Shown here: piece by piece, positions 14,367 to 26,565 of the stretch
How the letters are laid out: every line of letters starts with the position of its first letter
Numbering within the stretch: the first letter of the stretch is position 1
Program-made: the position numbers and the translations under genes
Assembly (NCBI GenBank): GCA_951406725.2
Contig: OX597816.1
Coordinates: 70,184,001-70,248,000, forward strand
Origin: Octopus vulgaris
Taxonomy: Eukaryota
Reading direction: 5' to 3'
Length of the DNA stretch: 64,000 bases
The notes under the pieces: generated by a model
What the model was told of the DNA's origin: nothing
Databases searched by the model: none
What the model saw: only the letters and a program-made list of their open reading frames with translations

Positions 14367-14795
14367 ATATTTTTTAAATGTCTTACTTTGAAAAATTGCA
14401 TTCGGTGGGATTAGTAATATTTTTGGTAGAAATGACTAATTGTCCCTCTTAGCGTGTGGCATGTATGTATAATGCCCTCTGGCATGTATGTATAATGCCC
14501 TCTATATATAAATTAATATGTTCAATAAGAAAAAAATTATTTTCGAAATTTTTTCTCTTATGAGGTTTTCACGCTATCTACCTGACAATTTCTTGTTAAG
14601 TTTTCCTTATTAAGTAGTTGTCCTTAATTGCTAAATTTTTATTCCGAAAAAACTTTTCCTTTCCCGAAATGCAATTCGTAAAAGTCTGCCATTTACCGGA
14701 TGTAATATATGTAAACTCACCCATGTGCTTCGTTGATGTTGATCAGTTAGCTGATCGGCTTAAGCGAGGCAGGGTCGTTTATGTATGATACATCC

Positions 14796-14843
14796 AGGCC
14801 TGCTGATGAATACGTAAGTATGAAATCACTGTGATACAGGTCT
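14796..14843 (+). ncRNA. Minimal type I hammerhead ribozyme (second copy)
   Basis: Identical to 14319-14366. Confidence 0.85.
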
Positions 14844-15114
14844 ATATTTTTTAAATGTCTTACTTTGAAAAATTGCATTCGGTGGGATTAGTAATATTTT
14901 TGGTAGAAATGACTAATTGTCCCTCTTAGCGTGTGGCATGTATGTATAATGCCCTCTGGCATGTATGTATAATGCCCTCTATATATAAATTAATATGTTC
15001 AATAAGAAATAATTATTTTCGAAATTTTTTCTCTTATGAGGTTTTCACGCTATCTACCTGACAATTTCTTGTTAAGTTTTCCTTATTAAGTAGTTGTCCT
15101 TAATTGCTAAATGT

Positions 15115-15270
<156 letters not shown>

Positions 15271-15275
15271 ATATT

Positions 15276-15306
<31 letters not shown>

Positions 15307-15586
15307 AATTGAGGATAAAATCTTTATAAGAAATTATCAGTAGTTAGCTAACTACTGATAATTTCTTATAAAGATCTTATCCTCAATTGTAAATTTATAT
15401 TTTTCACCGGAATAGTTTAATACTGAATTTTTGTTCCGAGTAAGCAATTTAGTACCGAAATGCATTGCGAATAAGCCCGCCATTTTCATAGATATGTAAA
15501 AATAAACATTCGTACATGCTACGACGAATTCTACGGTTGGCTATCGGGTTTGTAACGTTATGTTTTTTCTTATATGTCTTGAGTTT

Positions 15587-15650
15587 GTTGCACTGATGAA
15601 CATAGAATGCATATTCTGCATTAATTGCGAAATCACATGTGATATGTAAC
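15587..15650 (+). ncRNA. Type I hammerhead-like motif with an atypical stem II, inside a diverged relative (15301-15780) of the 477-bp unit
   Basis: gttgca CTGATGA ... GAAA tcac-at-gtga TA tgtaac. Confidence 0.6.
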
Positions 15651-15804
15651 TAAATTCTTTTTATAAATGACTTGCTTTGAAGTTTTGCATTCGGTAAAAT
15701 TTTGTTTATTTTAGTAGTTTTGACCGCCATTGGTCCCTCTTAGCGTGCGGTATCTATAAATAATAGTACCCTCAATATAATATATATATATATAATATAT
15801 ATAC

Positions 15805-16215
15805 TCTTTACTCTTTACTCTTTTACTTGTTTCAGTCATTTGACTGCGGCCATGCTGGAGCACCGCCTTTAATCGAGCAACTCGACCCCGGGACTTATTC
15901 TTTGTAAGCCCAGTACTTATTCTGTCGGTCTCTTTTGCCGAACCGCTAAGTGACGGGGACATAAACACACCAGCATCGGTTGTCAAGCAATGCTAGGGGG
16001 ACAAACACAGACACACAAACATACACGCACATACACATATATGCATATATATGACGGGCTTCTTTCAGTTTCCGTCTACCAAATCCACTCACAAGGCTTG
16101 GTCGGCCCGAGGCTATAGTAGAAGACACTTGCCCAAGGTGCCACGCAGTGGGACTGAACCCGGAACCATGTGGTTGGTAAGCAAGCTACTTACCACACAG
16201 CCACTCCTGCGCCTA
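15805..16215. mobile_element. Composite SINE(s); relatives near 9500-9790, 11865-12070, 27480-27850, 31280-31670 and 46760-46970
   Basis: Shared tttcagtcatttgactgcggccatgctggagcac...ctagtacttattctatcgg and gtggttggtaagcaagctacttaccacacagccact motifs. Confidence 0.75.
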
Positions 16216-16227
16216 TATATATATATA

Positions 16228-16275
<48 letters not shown>

Positions 16276-16502
16276 AATATATATATATATATGCATATAT
16301 GTGTAGGTGTATGTGCGTCTATGTATATATATATATATATTTATATATACCAATTAAGGACTGAACACGAAAAGTGGACAGTCAACATACTAGATATAGA
16401 CGTCAAATCGTCATTCACCACAAAAGATTATGTTCTCAGATCAAACTCAACACAAAACCATAGCAATAAACAAGTGAAAAATATACGAAATAAAATAATT
16501 AC

Positions 16503-16567
16503 CCATGTACTAACTTAGTTTCAGCTGTTATTTTCCGCAAGGAAAACTGCAGCCATCATCAGCATGG
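16503..16567 (-). ncRNA. Type I hammerhead ribozyme
   Basis: Reverse complement: ccatg CTGATGA tggctgcagttttcc-ttgc-ggaaaataacagct GAAA ctaa-g-ttag TA catgg (GUA triplet). Confidence 0.85.
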
Positions 16568-17009
16568 TCCGTTATAAATGTAATTTGCTGGACTAGATGC
16601 AAACACGATACCGAAATATCGCGTGCATGGAGTTCAGCCTATTACATTTGAATATATCTTTCAAATGCCTTTACTTTGGCGCGTTGAAACCCGAGAAAAC
16701 TAGCCTGCAGCTAATAATTAGCAGCAGTTAATTTATCGGTTAGAGAACATATTTATTTATATAAAATTAATTAAGGGTAGAAATTGATATTTATCAATTA
16801 AGACCAGTGGTCTAGCATATTAAAAAAGAATCCGAAGATTAAAATATTTATATATACCAATTAAGGACTGAGCACGAAAAGTGGACAGTCAACATGCTAG
16901 ATATAGACGTCAAATCGTCATTCACCACAAAAGATTATGTTCTCAGATCAAACTCAACACAAAACCATAGCAATAAACAAGTGAAAAATATACGAAATAA
17001 AATAATTAC

Positions 17010-17074
17010 CCTTGTACTAACTTAGTTTCAGCTGTTATTTTCCGCAAGGAAAACTGCAGCCATCATCAGCATGG
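17010..17074 (-). ncRNA. Type I hammerhead ribozyme with a stem I mismatch
   Basis: As 16503-16567 but the 3' arm is caagg. Confidence 0.7.
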
Positions 17075-17516
17075 TCCGTTATAAATGTAATTTGCTGGAC
17101 TAGATGCAAACACGATACCGAAATATCGCGTGCATGGAGTTCAGCCTATTACATTTGAATATATCTTTCAAATGCCTATACTTTGGCGCGTTGAAACCCG
17201 AGAAAACTAGCCTGCAGCTAATAATTAGCAGCAGTTAATTTATCGGTTAGAGAAAATATTTATTTATATAAAATTAATTAAGGGTAGAAATTGATATTTA
17301 TCAATTAAGACCAGTGGTCTAGCATATTAAAAAAGAATCCGAAGATTAAAATATTTATATATACCAATTAAGGACTGAACACGAAAAGTGGACAGTCAAC
17401 ATGCTAGATATAGACGTCAAATCGTCATTCACCACAAAAGATTATGTTCTCAGATCAAACTCAACACAAAACCATAGCAATAAACAAGTGAAAAATATAC
17501 GAAATAAAATAATTAC

Positions 17517-17581
17517 CCTTGTACTAACTTAGTTTCAGCTGTTATTTTCCGCAAGGAAAACTGCAGCCATCATCAGCATGG
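17517..17581 (-). ncRNA. Type I hammerhead ribozyme with a stem I mismatch
   Basis: As 16503-16567 but the 3' arm is caagg. Confidence 0.7.
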
Positions 17582-18023
17582 TCCGTTATAAATGTAATTT
17601 GCTGGACTAGATGCAAACACGATACCGAAATATCGCGTGCATGGAGTTCAGCCTATTACATTTGAATATATCTTTCAAATGCCTATACTTTGGCGCGTTG
17701 AAACCCGAGAAAACTAGCCTGCAGCTAATAATTAGCAGCAGTTAATTTATCGGTTAGAGAAAATATTTATTTATATAAAATTAATTAAGGGTAGAAATTG
17801 ATATTTATCAATTAAGACCAGTGGTCTAGCATATTAAAAAAGAATCCGAAGATTAAAATATTTATATATACCAATTAAGGACTGAACACGAAAAGTGGAC
17901 AGTCAACATGCTAGATATAGACGTCAAATCGTCATTCACCACAAAAGATTATGTTCTCAGATCAAACTCAACACAAAACCATAGCAATAAACAAGTGAAA
18001 AATATACGAAATAAAATAATTAC

Positions 18024-18088
18024 CCATGTACTAACTTAGTTTCAGCTGTTATTTTCCGCAAGGAAAACTGCAGCCATCATCAGCATGG
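18024..18088 (-). ncRNA. Type I hammerhead ribozyme
   Basis: Identical to 16503-16567. Confidence 0.85.
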
Positions 18089-19180
18089 TCCGTTATAAAT
18101 GTAATTTGCTGGACTAGATGCAAACACGATACCGAAATATCGCGTGCATGGAGTTCAGCCTATTACATTTGAATATATCTTTCAAATGCCTTTACTTTGG
18201 CGCGTTGAAACCCGAGAAAACTAGCCTGCAGCTAATAATTAGCAGCAGTGATGATGGCTGCAGTTTTCCTTGCGGAAAATAACAGCTGAAACTAAGTTAG
18301 TACATGGGTAATTATTTTATTTCGTATATTTTTCACTTGTTTATTGCTATGGTTTTGTGTTGAGTTTGATCTGAGAACATAATCTTTTGTGGTGAATGAC
18401 GATTTGACGTCTATATCTAGCATGTTGACTGTCCACTTTTCGTGTTCAGTCCTTAATTGGTATATATAAATATTTTAATCTTCGGATTCTTTTTTAATAT
18501 GCTAGACCATTGGTCTTAATTGATAAATATCAATTTCTACCCTTAATTAATTTTATATATATATTTATATACACATATATGTGTGTGTGGGTGGGTGTAT
18601 GTCTTATATATATATATAATACAATGTACATTTAAACACATAAGGACTCCACTCGTGGGATTCAACATGTTAGAAAGAACAGATAGGTTCTATAACCACA
18701 AACTTGATTAAGTATTGTAAGTTTTTGGATAATTTTCGGATTTTAAAAGTTGGCATTTTCCTATTGCCGACGAGGGGATGCGTCTGCGCAGTAGATTTTG
18801 AAAATAATAGGATATATAAAGAAGGGGCACATAGTTGATTGCCTCATGTTTTATATATTTAATCTAAAGTGTACCTGTTGACGAAGATTTGACCTAGCGA
18901 ATACTGTTTTTTTTTTTGCTAAACTAAAATCAGAAACCAATTGCTCCAGGAATCTAGATGGTAAAAGTTATTATTTTTTCATTTCGTCCCTGTCGGATTT
19001 TGTGGTTATAGAACCTAGCTTTTCTTTCTAGCGTGTTGAATCCCACGAGTGGATTCCTTGTGTGTTTAAATGTACACTGTATTTTATGAGTAATACATAG
19101 TCTTTGGACTAAATTTTTACACGGTAGGCCACTGGAAGTGAACATTTCTATTTATTTCCATTTCCCTTTGATATGATTAA

Positions 19181-19286
<106 letters not shown>

Positions 19287-19917
19287 GAATATATATGTGT
19301 ATATATACGTGACACAACGTTGGCTACGACAACGAGGGGTTCCAGTTGATCCGATCAGCGGAACAGACTGCTCATGAAATTAACATGTAAGTGGCTGATA
19401 ACTCCACAGACACGCCTACCATGAACGTAGTTCTCGGGGAGAGAAATACAGATACAAGAGAAAGAGGAAGAGGAAGAAGAGTGAAGGTTGCGGTAAAAGA
19501 GTACAGCAGAGTTCGCCACCTAACCCTGCCAGAGCCTCCCGGGGCTTTAGGTGTTTTCACTCCGTAAAAACTCACAACGCCCGGCCTGGAAATCGAAACC
19601 ACGAGCCCGTTGCCCTAACCACTGAGCCATTGTGCCTGCACTATATATATTTTATATATAAACGCATATATAAACTATAAAGCATATATACAAAAATAGC
19701 AAAAAATGGAAAAAAATGATGGTAAATTTCTTTTTAGTTAAAAAAGGTGGAGTTGCGTCCCCTAGACAGTTTGTGTTTCTGATTCTGGACCCCATGTCGA
19801 ATTTATCGATTTTTTTCAGAACTGGGGAACTTTTCAAAATTTTCGCTGCGTTAGTTATGAATTATAACATTGGGCATGTGTGTGTCAAGTTTCATCAGAA
19901 TCGGTTGAAAGCCGTGG

Positions 19918-20014
<97 letters not shown>

Positions 20015-20967
20015 CTAAGTATATGCATATATACATACATATATGTACATACCTACATATATATGTATATATACATGCATATATGGGTACGGGACATCAA
20101 AAAAAAACGTTGAACACAATGAGAAATGAAAACATAAAAACAAAAACATAGAAAACAAACTCTTTTTCGAACAACGAAAAAAACAAACAGAGAAACATGG
20201 CATACAACATAATGAATATTCCCCTTCATCAGTTGTCCCTGTTTCATCTACGCCGCGTTTTGGAGGCAAGGACAATACGCGACTTCGTTTAAACAGTCCT
20301 TCCCGAAAAAAAATTAAATTAAATTTGGGATTTTTTGCGGAGGGTGAGAGTTGTAACAAGAACAGGACAGTGAATATAAGATAGTAAAAACAAATGGTGA
20401 GGGCTATTAAGCCAAGACGTTAGAAAAATTATTATGAACGCTAGGAGAACGAGCTTATGAGAGGAGGCAGGTATAAGCACGTGTTGTCTTTAGGAAGGAA
20501 ATAGGCAGAAAGACAGATTCTCTTTCGTCGCGTGCCAGCGACGAGATAGTCAAGGAGGATGAATGAGAAAGAGGGAACGGTGAAGGGAAGAGGAGAAGAA
20601 TAGGGAAAGGTGGGAGAAAAAACCAGAAAGGATGAAGAACAAGAGAGGGAGAACCAAAAGTGACGGAGAGTGTTGGCCAGCATGTTTATGCTAAAATAAG
20701 AGTTGAATGAACTAAAACACTCCAATTTGATGAGTGACAAAGTTGTTTACACTTACACCGTTTAAAAAAATCAGCATAGGATTTAAACAGTTTTTCTTAT
20801 ATGATTGACAAAGGAAATTGAGTTTAACCCTAGGCGTTAAAGCCCGCTGATGAGAATTAAGCCGTCAACATCACGATTTGGAACCTCGATACGGCCTTGT
20901 AGGACTTATCTCAATTTGTACATAGATACATGTACATACATACGTATGTGTGCATACACACACACAT

Positions 20968-21054
<87 letters not shown>

Positions 21055-21406
21055 CGTGATCACGGTGACCGACCAGGCTATCAAGCGTTGCTACACATCG
21101 ATGGTTACAATGCGCATTGCTTTAGCCTTCAAATGACGCCACCCTGCTGGCTAAGCGAGCAGGCCAACAGAAGAAAGAGTGAGAGAAAGTTGTGGCGAAA
21201 GTGTACAGCAGGGATCGTCACCACTCCCTGCCGGGACCTCGTGGAGCTTTAGATGTTTTCACTCAATAAACACTCCCAAGCGGAATTTTCCTTGTATTGT
21301 TTGTCCTGTAGTCTAATTTTTCGTTGTTTAAAAAAAGTCCGTTTCCTTGTTTGATTTTATGTTCTCGTCTCTCGTTGTGTTCTACGTTTATTTGTGGTAT
21401 CCTGTA

Positions 21407-21442
<36 letters not shown>

Positions 21443-21554
21443 TGTATATATACATGTAGAGGTAAGTATGTACATACATGTATGTATATATATTTTATTT
21501 ATTTATTATATTACTAAATGACCGAACGCACGCGTTATTTCTCTTCTCCAAGTT

Positions 21555-21598
<44 letters not shown>

Positions 21599-21601
<3 letters not shown>

Positions 21602-21726
21602 GGTGTCCCAAAAAATGTATACACATAGTGGTTCGGCAAAAGAGAACGATAGAATAAGTACTAGGCTTACAAAGAATAACAAATTTACAATTATTTAAGG
21701 TGTGTATACATTTTTGGGACACCCTG
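21599..21726. mobile_element. Tc1/mariner-type MITE containing a SINE fragment
   Basis: TIRs cagggtgtcccaaaaaatgtatacaca / tgtgtatacatttttgggacaccctg, flanked by TA. Confidence 0.8.
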
Positions 21727-21735
21727 TATATATAC

Positions 21736-21791
<56 letters not shown>

Positions 21792-23106
21792 TCATACATA
21801 CGAGACAAGCAGTTGATAATGGTTATTATATATTTTTCCCTCAAAGTAATAAATTTGACTTATGACTGTTTTCTAGGATGTCTACTGGAAACAGCTGTAG
21901 CTCCAATTTGCTGCAACTAAAATGTAATGACCATTATTTATATATTGCCTTGCATGTATCAATTTTTTTAAATAGACGGTAAATTCGATGCACAGCAACG
22001 GATTTACAAAATAGTGTGGTGGTGAACTATAACCTCGGATTCTGCCATAACAATAGGTGGAGTTCTTTATTGATCTAAGCGAGAAATTATGGAGCATTTT
22101 GTCAGGATTGATAATTCCCCACCAATAATTCTGTTTGAACATATACATGTATACACACACATAGATATACTTACATACACACACGCAGATATTTATGCAT
22201 GTATATATACATACACACGCACACATATATATACGGCCGACCACATAGTGGCTTGCCCTCCAAATATACATATATATATATATATATAGCATATATCATA
22301 ATGATATTTATTCTCCGATGCAAAGCGACAATTTTCAAACAAACAAATGACCGAAAAAATGATGATCTAACCTCAGGCTGAATCGAACTCACACACCGAC
22401 GCTTTCATGGCTCCTTGCGAATGTGATTGGCCAAACGCTTAGCCATCAATTTCAGTCAAATTTAGTTAAGTTATTGTTTAGTATACATACATATGGGTAT
22501 GTGTGAGTGTGTGTGTGTCTGTCTGTCTCTGTGTCTGTGGAGATATGTATCTGTGAATTAAATTGAGAGTTTGTGTTTCAGAATATTATGTTTAGTTCTA
22601 CGAATTGTATTTACATAGCCGTGCGATAATCACAGTCACACTAAAAGAACAATCGATCATTGTCTGATATTGGCCAATGAAAGGATAGATGTAACCAATG
22701 TATTCGAATGGAAAGGAGGAAATTGTAGGAAAATAAATTTAAGACATTATTGGTGAAATAAAAGCGTTTCAAGTGGACATCGAGATGTGATCTGTTGGAG
22801 CAGACATGAATAGGAAACAATAATTGTGAAGAAAACAAACTAAACTGAATGGATTGATTAAGGATTATATTGAGATATTTGTATTTATTAGAGGAATGTC
22901 ATGTTTAGGGAATCTTTTAACAGAACATTCTAGTGAATATTATGGTTCATATATATCGGAGCACAATGGGCAGTGATTCTCAAGAAAATTGATTCAAGAG
23001 AGTTATAAGTATCTTGCACCAAAACTAGATGCACAATTAATCATATTACGAATCCTTAGACAAGGGTCGAAAAATCATTTAAATAATGGGATACTAGTCT
23101 TCTTAC

Positions 23107-23167
23107 CTTTCGTCAAGGCACTCATCACGTATATTCTCAAGATGAGTTGAAAGAATGTAGAATTCGT
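23107..23167 (-). pseudogene. Signal-peptide exon of the peptide family with the start codon lost (copy 2)
   Basis: ttttacag|gttcatc ACG aat tct aca ttc ttt caa ctc atc ttg aga...aaa g|gtaaga; ATG>ACG, and Q and R in the hydrophobic core. Confidence 0.75.
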
Positions 23168-23291
23168 GATGAACCTGTAAAATTTATAAATATCAACATA
23201 TATAGAGATATGTAAACACATATAAAGATTTAGATACATACATAGGTATTATGTTTGATGTGTGTCCATACATATACAAACACATGATATA

Positions 23292-23333
<42 letters not shown>

Positions 23334-23692
23334 AATTAGAATAAAAAAACACTTTTTATCAATTCAACAATGAAAAATTAAATTATACCATTTAGAAAAA
23401 TTACATATAATATTTCTATAATTTTTCTAAATTTAATTTTTCATTATTGAATTGGTAAAAAGTGGGTTTTCTTCTAATTTATATATATATATATATATAT
23501 ATACTAAGCAATAAAGGGTTTAGCAACGAATTGCCTTACCACATACCGAATTTAGAAATAGCAGTCAAAGAGTTATAGCTATTTCTTCTACTAAAAAGGG
23601 AGATCTCAGTAAAAAACACAGCAATTGGAAGGCAGACACAAACAGGTAAGAGAGAATGAATTGACGGCAATCTATCATACAATTTTAAGTTA

Positions 23693-23792
23693 TCTACGGA
23701 CGCACGTTTCGAAATCAAGTTTTTAGGAAAGCATGAGAATTAGATATTAAATAATTCTACGTTACCCAAACTTCTTTTCTCTTCAGCGTAGA
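23693..23792 (-). ncRNA. Type I hammerhead ribozyme with a long stem II
   Basis: Reverse complement: tctacg CTGAAGA gaaa...tttc GAAA cg-tg-cg TC cgtaga (GUC triplet). Confidence 0.75.
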
Positions 23793-24288
23793 ATACTATA
23801 ATCATAAGTGATTATATATTGAATTTTGAGATACTAGAAGGCACCAACTCAACTCAGTATCAGAGCGAGCTAGAATCCGCAACTAGTATCACCAAACTCA
23901 ACGTGTGAATGAAAGGATTGTGTCACCAGCCCCTTCCCACCCGCGTGTAGCCAAAACAAGATGCTATGGTCATCTACTGAGATAAAATATGGTTATCCGT
24001 AATAATGAAGGGTGAAATTAATTAATTTGGAATAATTATCAATTACACCAAGTAGTCTTCGGCATGTAAAAGCCTCATTCGAGGAAAATTTAAGTAATAC
24101 TAAGCAATAAAGGGTTTAGCAACGAATTGCCTTACCACATACCGAATTTAGAAATAGCAGTCAAAGAGTTATAGCTATTTCTTCTACTAAAAAGGGAGAT
24201 CTCAGTAAAAAACACAGCAATTGGAAGGCAGACACAAACAGGTAAGAGAGAATGAATTGACGGCAATCTATCATACAATTTTAAGTTA

Positions 24289-24388
24289 TCTACGGACGCA
24301 CGTTTCGAAATCAAGTTTTTAGGAAAGCATGAGAATTAAATATTAAATAATTCTACGTTACCCAAACTTCTTTTCTCTTCAGCGTAGA
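24289..24388 (-). ncRNA. Type I hammerhead ribozyme with a long stem II (second copy)
   Basis: Same motif as 23693-23792. Confidence 0.75.
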
Positions 24389-24405
24389 ATACTATAATAC
24401 TAGAA

Positions 24406-24477
<72 letters not shown>

Positions 24478-25514
24478 TATATTTTGTTAAATTTGATTTA
24501 GTATTTCTAAATTGAATTTTTCCCTGTAAGTTTGGAATAATATTCCCTCATATTGTTATTATACATATATATATTGAACCCTTCGAACTTTTCTTAACTT
24601 GTACTTTCTGCTTTTTCCTATTGTCATTTCCTCCTACTCTGGTTGCTCTGGTTGTCCATGATAGATCGCTAGCCACTACACATTCTTTATTTTCTAGCCC
24701 TGTTTTTTCTGTGTTCCTTTCTGTAGAAGAGCACAGGCTCGAAATGTTAAAGACGTTTTCAGTTCCAGAGCATTAAACTAATGCATCTCTTTGTTGTCTA
24801 CACCACCTGTCTCCGTCTTTTGTTTTTTGGGATTTTTTTTGTGAATTCTCCCTATATATGTGGTATGACGACCTAATTAGCATCTGACTTAACTCACCGA
24901 TTTCATAGATTTGAATTTTGAATACAAGAAAATAGTTATATAATTTCGATTTATATTCTATAGATTATCCACGATTAAGTGTGAATTAATGATTTTGTTT
25001 CCGTCAACTGAACCATTACATACAAAGAACGTTGATATGCAAATATAAATTCATGAAACAATTCTACAAGACAGCTATATGTTTAAAACTTTTAACATAT
25101 GTAGATTAAGGTTTTAAAAACTTTACAAATGCATACGTAACAATGTATTTGAAGATCGCAAAATAAAGCTAGTAAAAACTTCATCACAAAATTTAAGCAT
25201 GTTAACTCCAGTAAATAGTATATAAGCTATTAACAATTTACTAAGTATATGAAGATGTAGCTGCTATACTAGGGGCGCACAAATATTTTCCACATACCAG
25301 TCTGTATAAATAAACATTTCAGATCACATCATGGAAGCAAACCTTCTGCTGAAGCGTCAGTGAGTGTTAATTCACAGACACGCTTTTGCTGCTACTACTA
25401 CTAATACAACAACCACGTCTACTTATGCGCAACTAGTACGTTTACCAATACTACTACCAAATTCTGTACTACAATTACCCACTACTACTAACACGGTTGC
25501 CACTGCTGCTGCTG

Positions 25515-25547
<33 letters not shown>

Positions 25548-25714
25548 GTGTCTTAACTCTTACAAAAATGTGAAGCATTATATCCATAACCCAAGACATG
25601 TTGAAATTCCAGTCTGCATTGTGTTTCCATAGACAGATGAAGAAATCCTTTCACTACACTAGGCAACAAGGATTTTATTACGGGAGACCGAATAGGTGTT
25701 CCTAGCTAATTTCG

Positions 25715-26565
25715 GTCAAATCTACGATTACATTTTTTCTACTGAGTTTAGATTATCGTGTAAAAGGCGAATCAGTAAAATTTACAACCACGTCTAGGTT
25801 TTCATTTTAATCGGCTTAATGCCAGTAATATAAAGTTTAAAACAATTTTGGTTTGCCAACTATATACATATTCTGACGATTTTGATCGATAAAATTTGTT
25901 CTGAGTTGGCAACACCTAGTGAAGAGCATTGTAAAGGCCGAACAGTCAGTCACTAGCTGGCAGTCATGTAGAGCGGTTGTTGAATCTCTCTGCTGGTAAG
26001 CAAATAACAAGCTGTGTAAACTTGAGTGTTTTTATAGCAATTATTTTGAACTGTAGTATGTATTTGTTTCTATTTTGTTCTTCGTTTATTATTTCTTTCT
26101 CCATTTCTTTCTGATATTGTATGGTAATTAAAATGCAATCAAGGAAACGTGCTTGTGAAAATTCTCCAGACAACTTTTGCTATATCTATGGACAATATAC
26201 ACCTTAGCCAGAGCGTAGAAACATATCAACGAAGATTAAACTTGCCTACAAGTATTATTTTGACGGTAAGTTTGGAGATCAAAAGAAGAAGTGGGCACCA
26301 AATATTTGCTATGCGCAATGCACTGCATTGTTAATACTTTGGATGGAAAGTAAAAGAAAAATCTATGCTGTTTTCAGTCACTTCAATGGTTGTTATTTCT
26401 CTTTGACATACATTTGGATTCACAAAGAAAACAAATAAAGAATTCATGACACACAAATATCGGTTACACAAAGTCTGAACATAATAGAGAAATTTAGATA
26501 TCGGATTAGAATTTCGCATCTGGAATTTGGTAGGAATCAATAGTTTACGTGTCTGTAACAAAACA
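25715..26565 (+). mobile_element. Decayed DNA transposon fragment (Chapaev3-like)
   Basis: CENSPDNFCYI.GQYT...KLAYKYYF..KFGDQ.KKWAP remnant at about 26130-26350. Confidence 0.6.

Larger units (their letters stand above)
14134..15111 (+). mobile_element. Hammerhead-bearing tandem repeat (477-bp unit, about 1.7 copies) preceded by an inverted partial copy; retrozyme-like
   Basis: 14306-14782 repeats from 14783; 14134-14309 is the reverse complement of about 14333-14512. Confidence 0.8.
16337..18558 (-). mobile_element. Tandem array of a 507-bp hammerhead-bearing unit (about 3.8 copies) plus an inverted partial copy at 18249-18558; retrozyme-like
   Basis: Near-identical units with an anchor at 16501, 17008, 17515 and 18022; the inverted segment starts at tgatgatggctgcag. 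Confidence 0.9.
23500..24398 (-). mobile_element. Direct repeats of about 300 bp (596-bp period), each with a hammerhead; retrozyme-like or pLTR-like
   Basis: 23500-23800 repeats at 24096-24398; identical ORF-track entries at 23536 and 24132. Confidence 0.8.

Noticed and set aside
16337-18248. Possible CRISPR array
   Set aside because: Units are whole 507-bp repeats with no unique spacers, and the context is eukaryotic.
22370-22447. tRNA-like sequence on the minus strand
   Set aside because: Only a B-box-like motif; I could not fold a cloverleaf.
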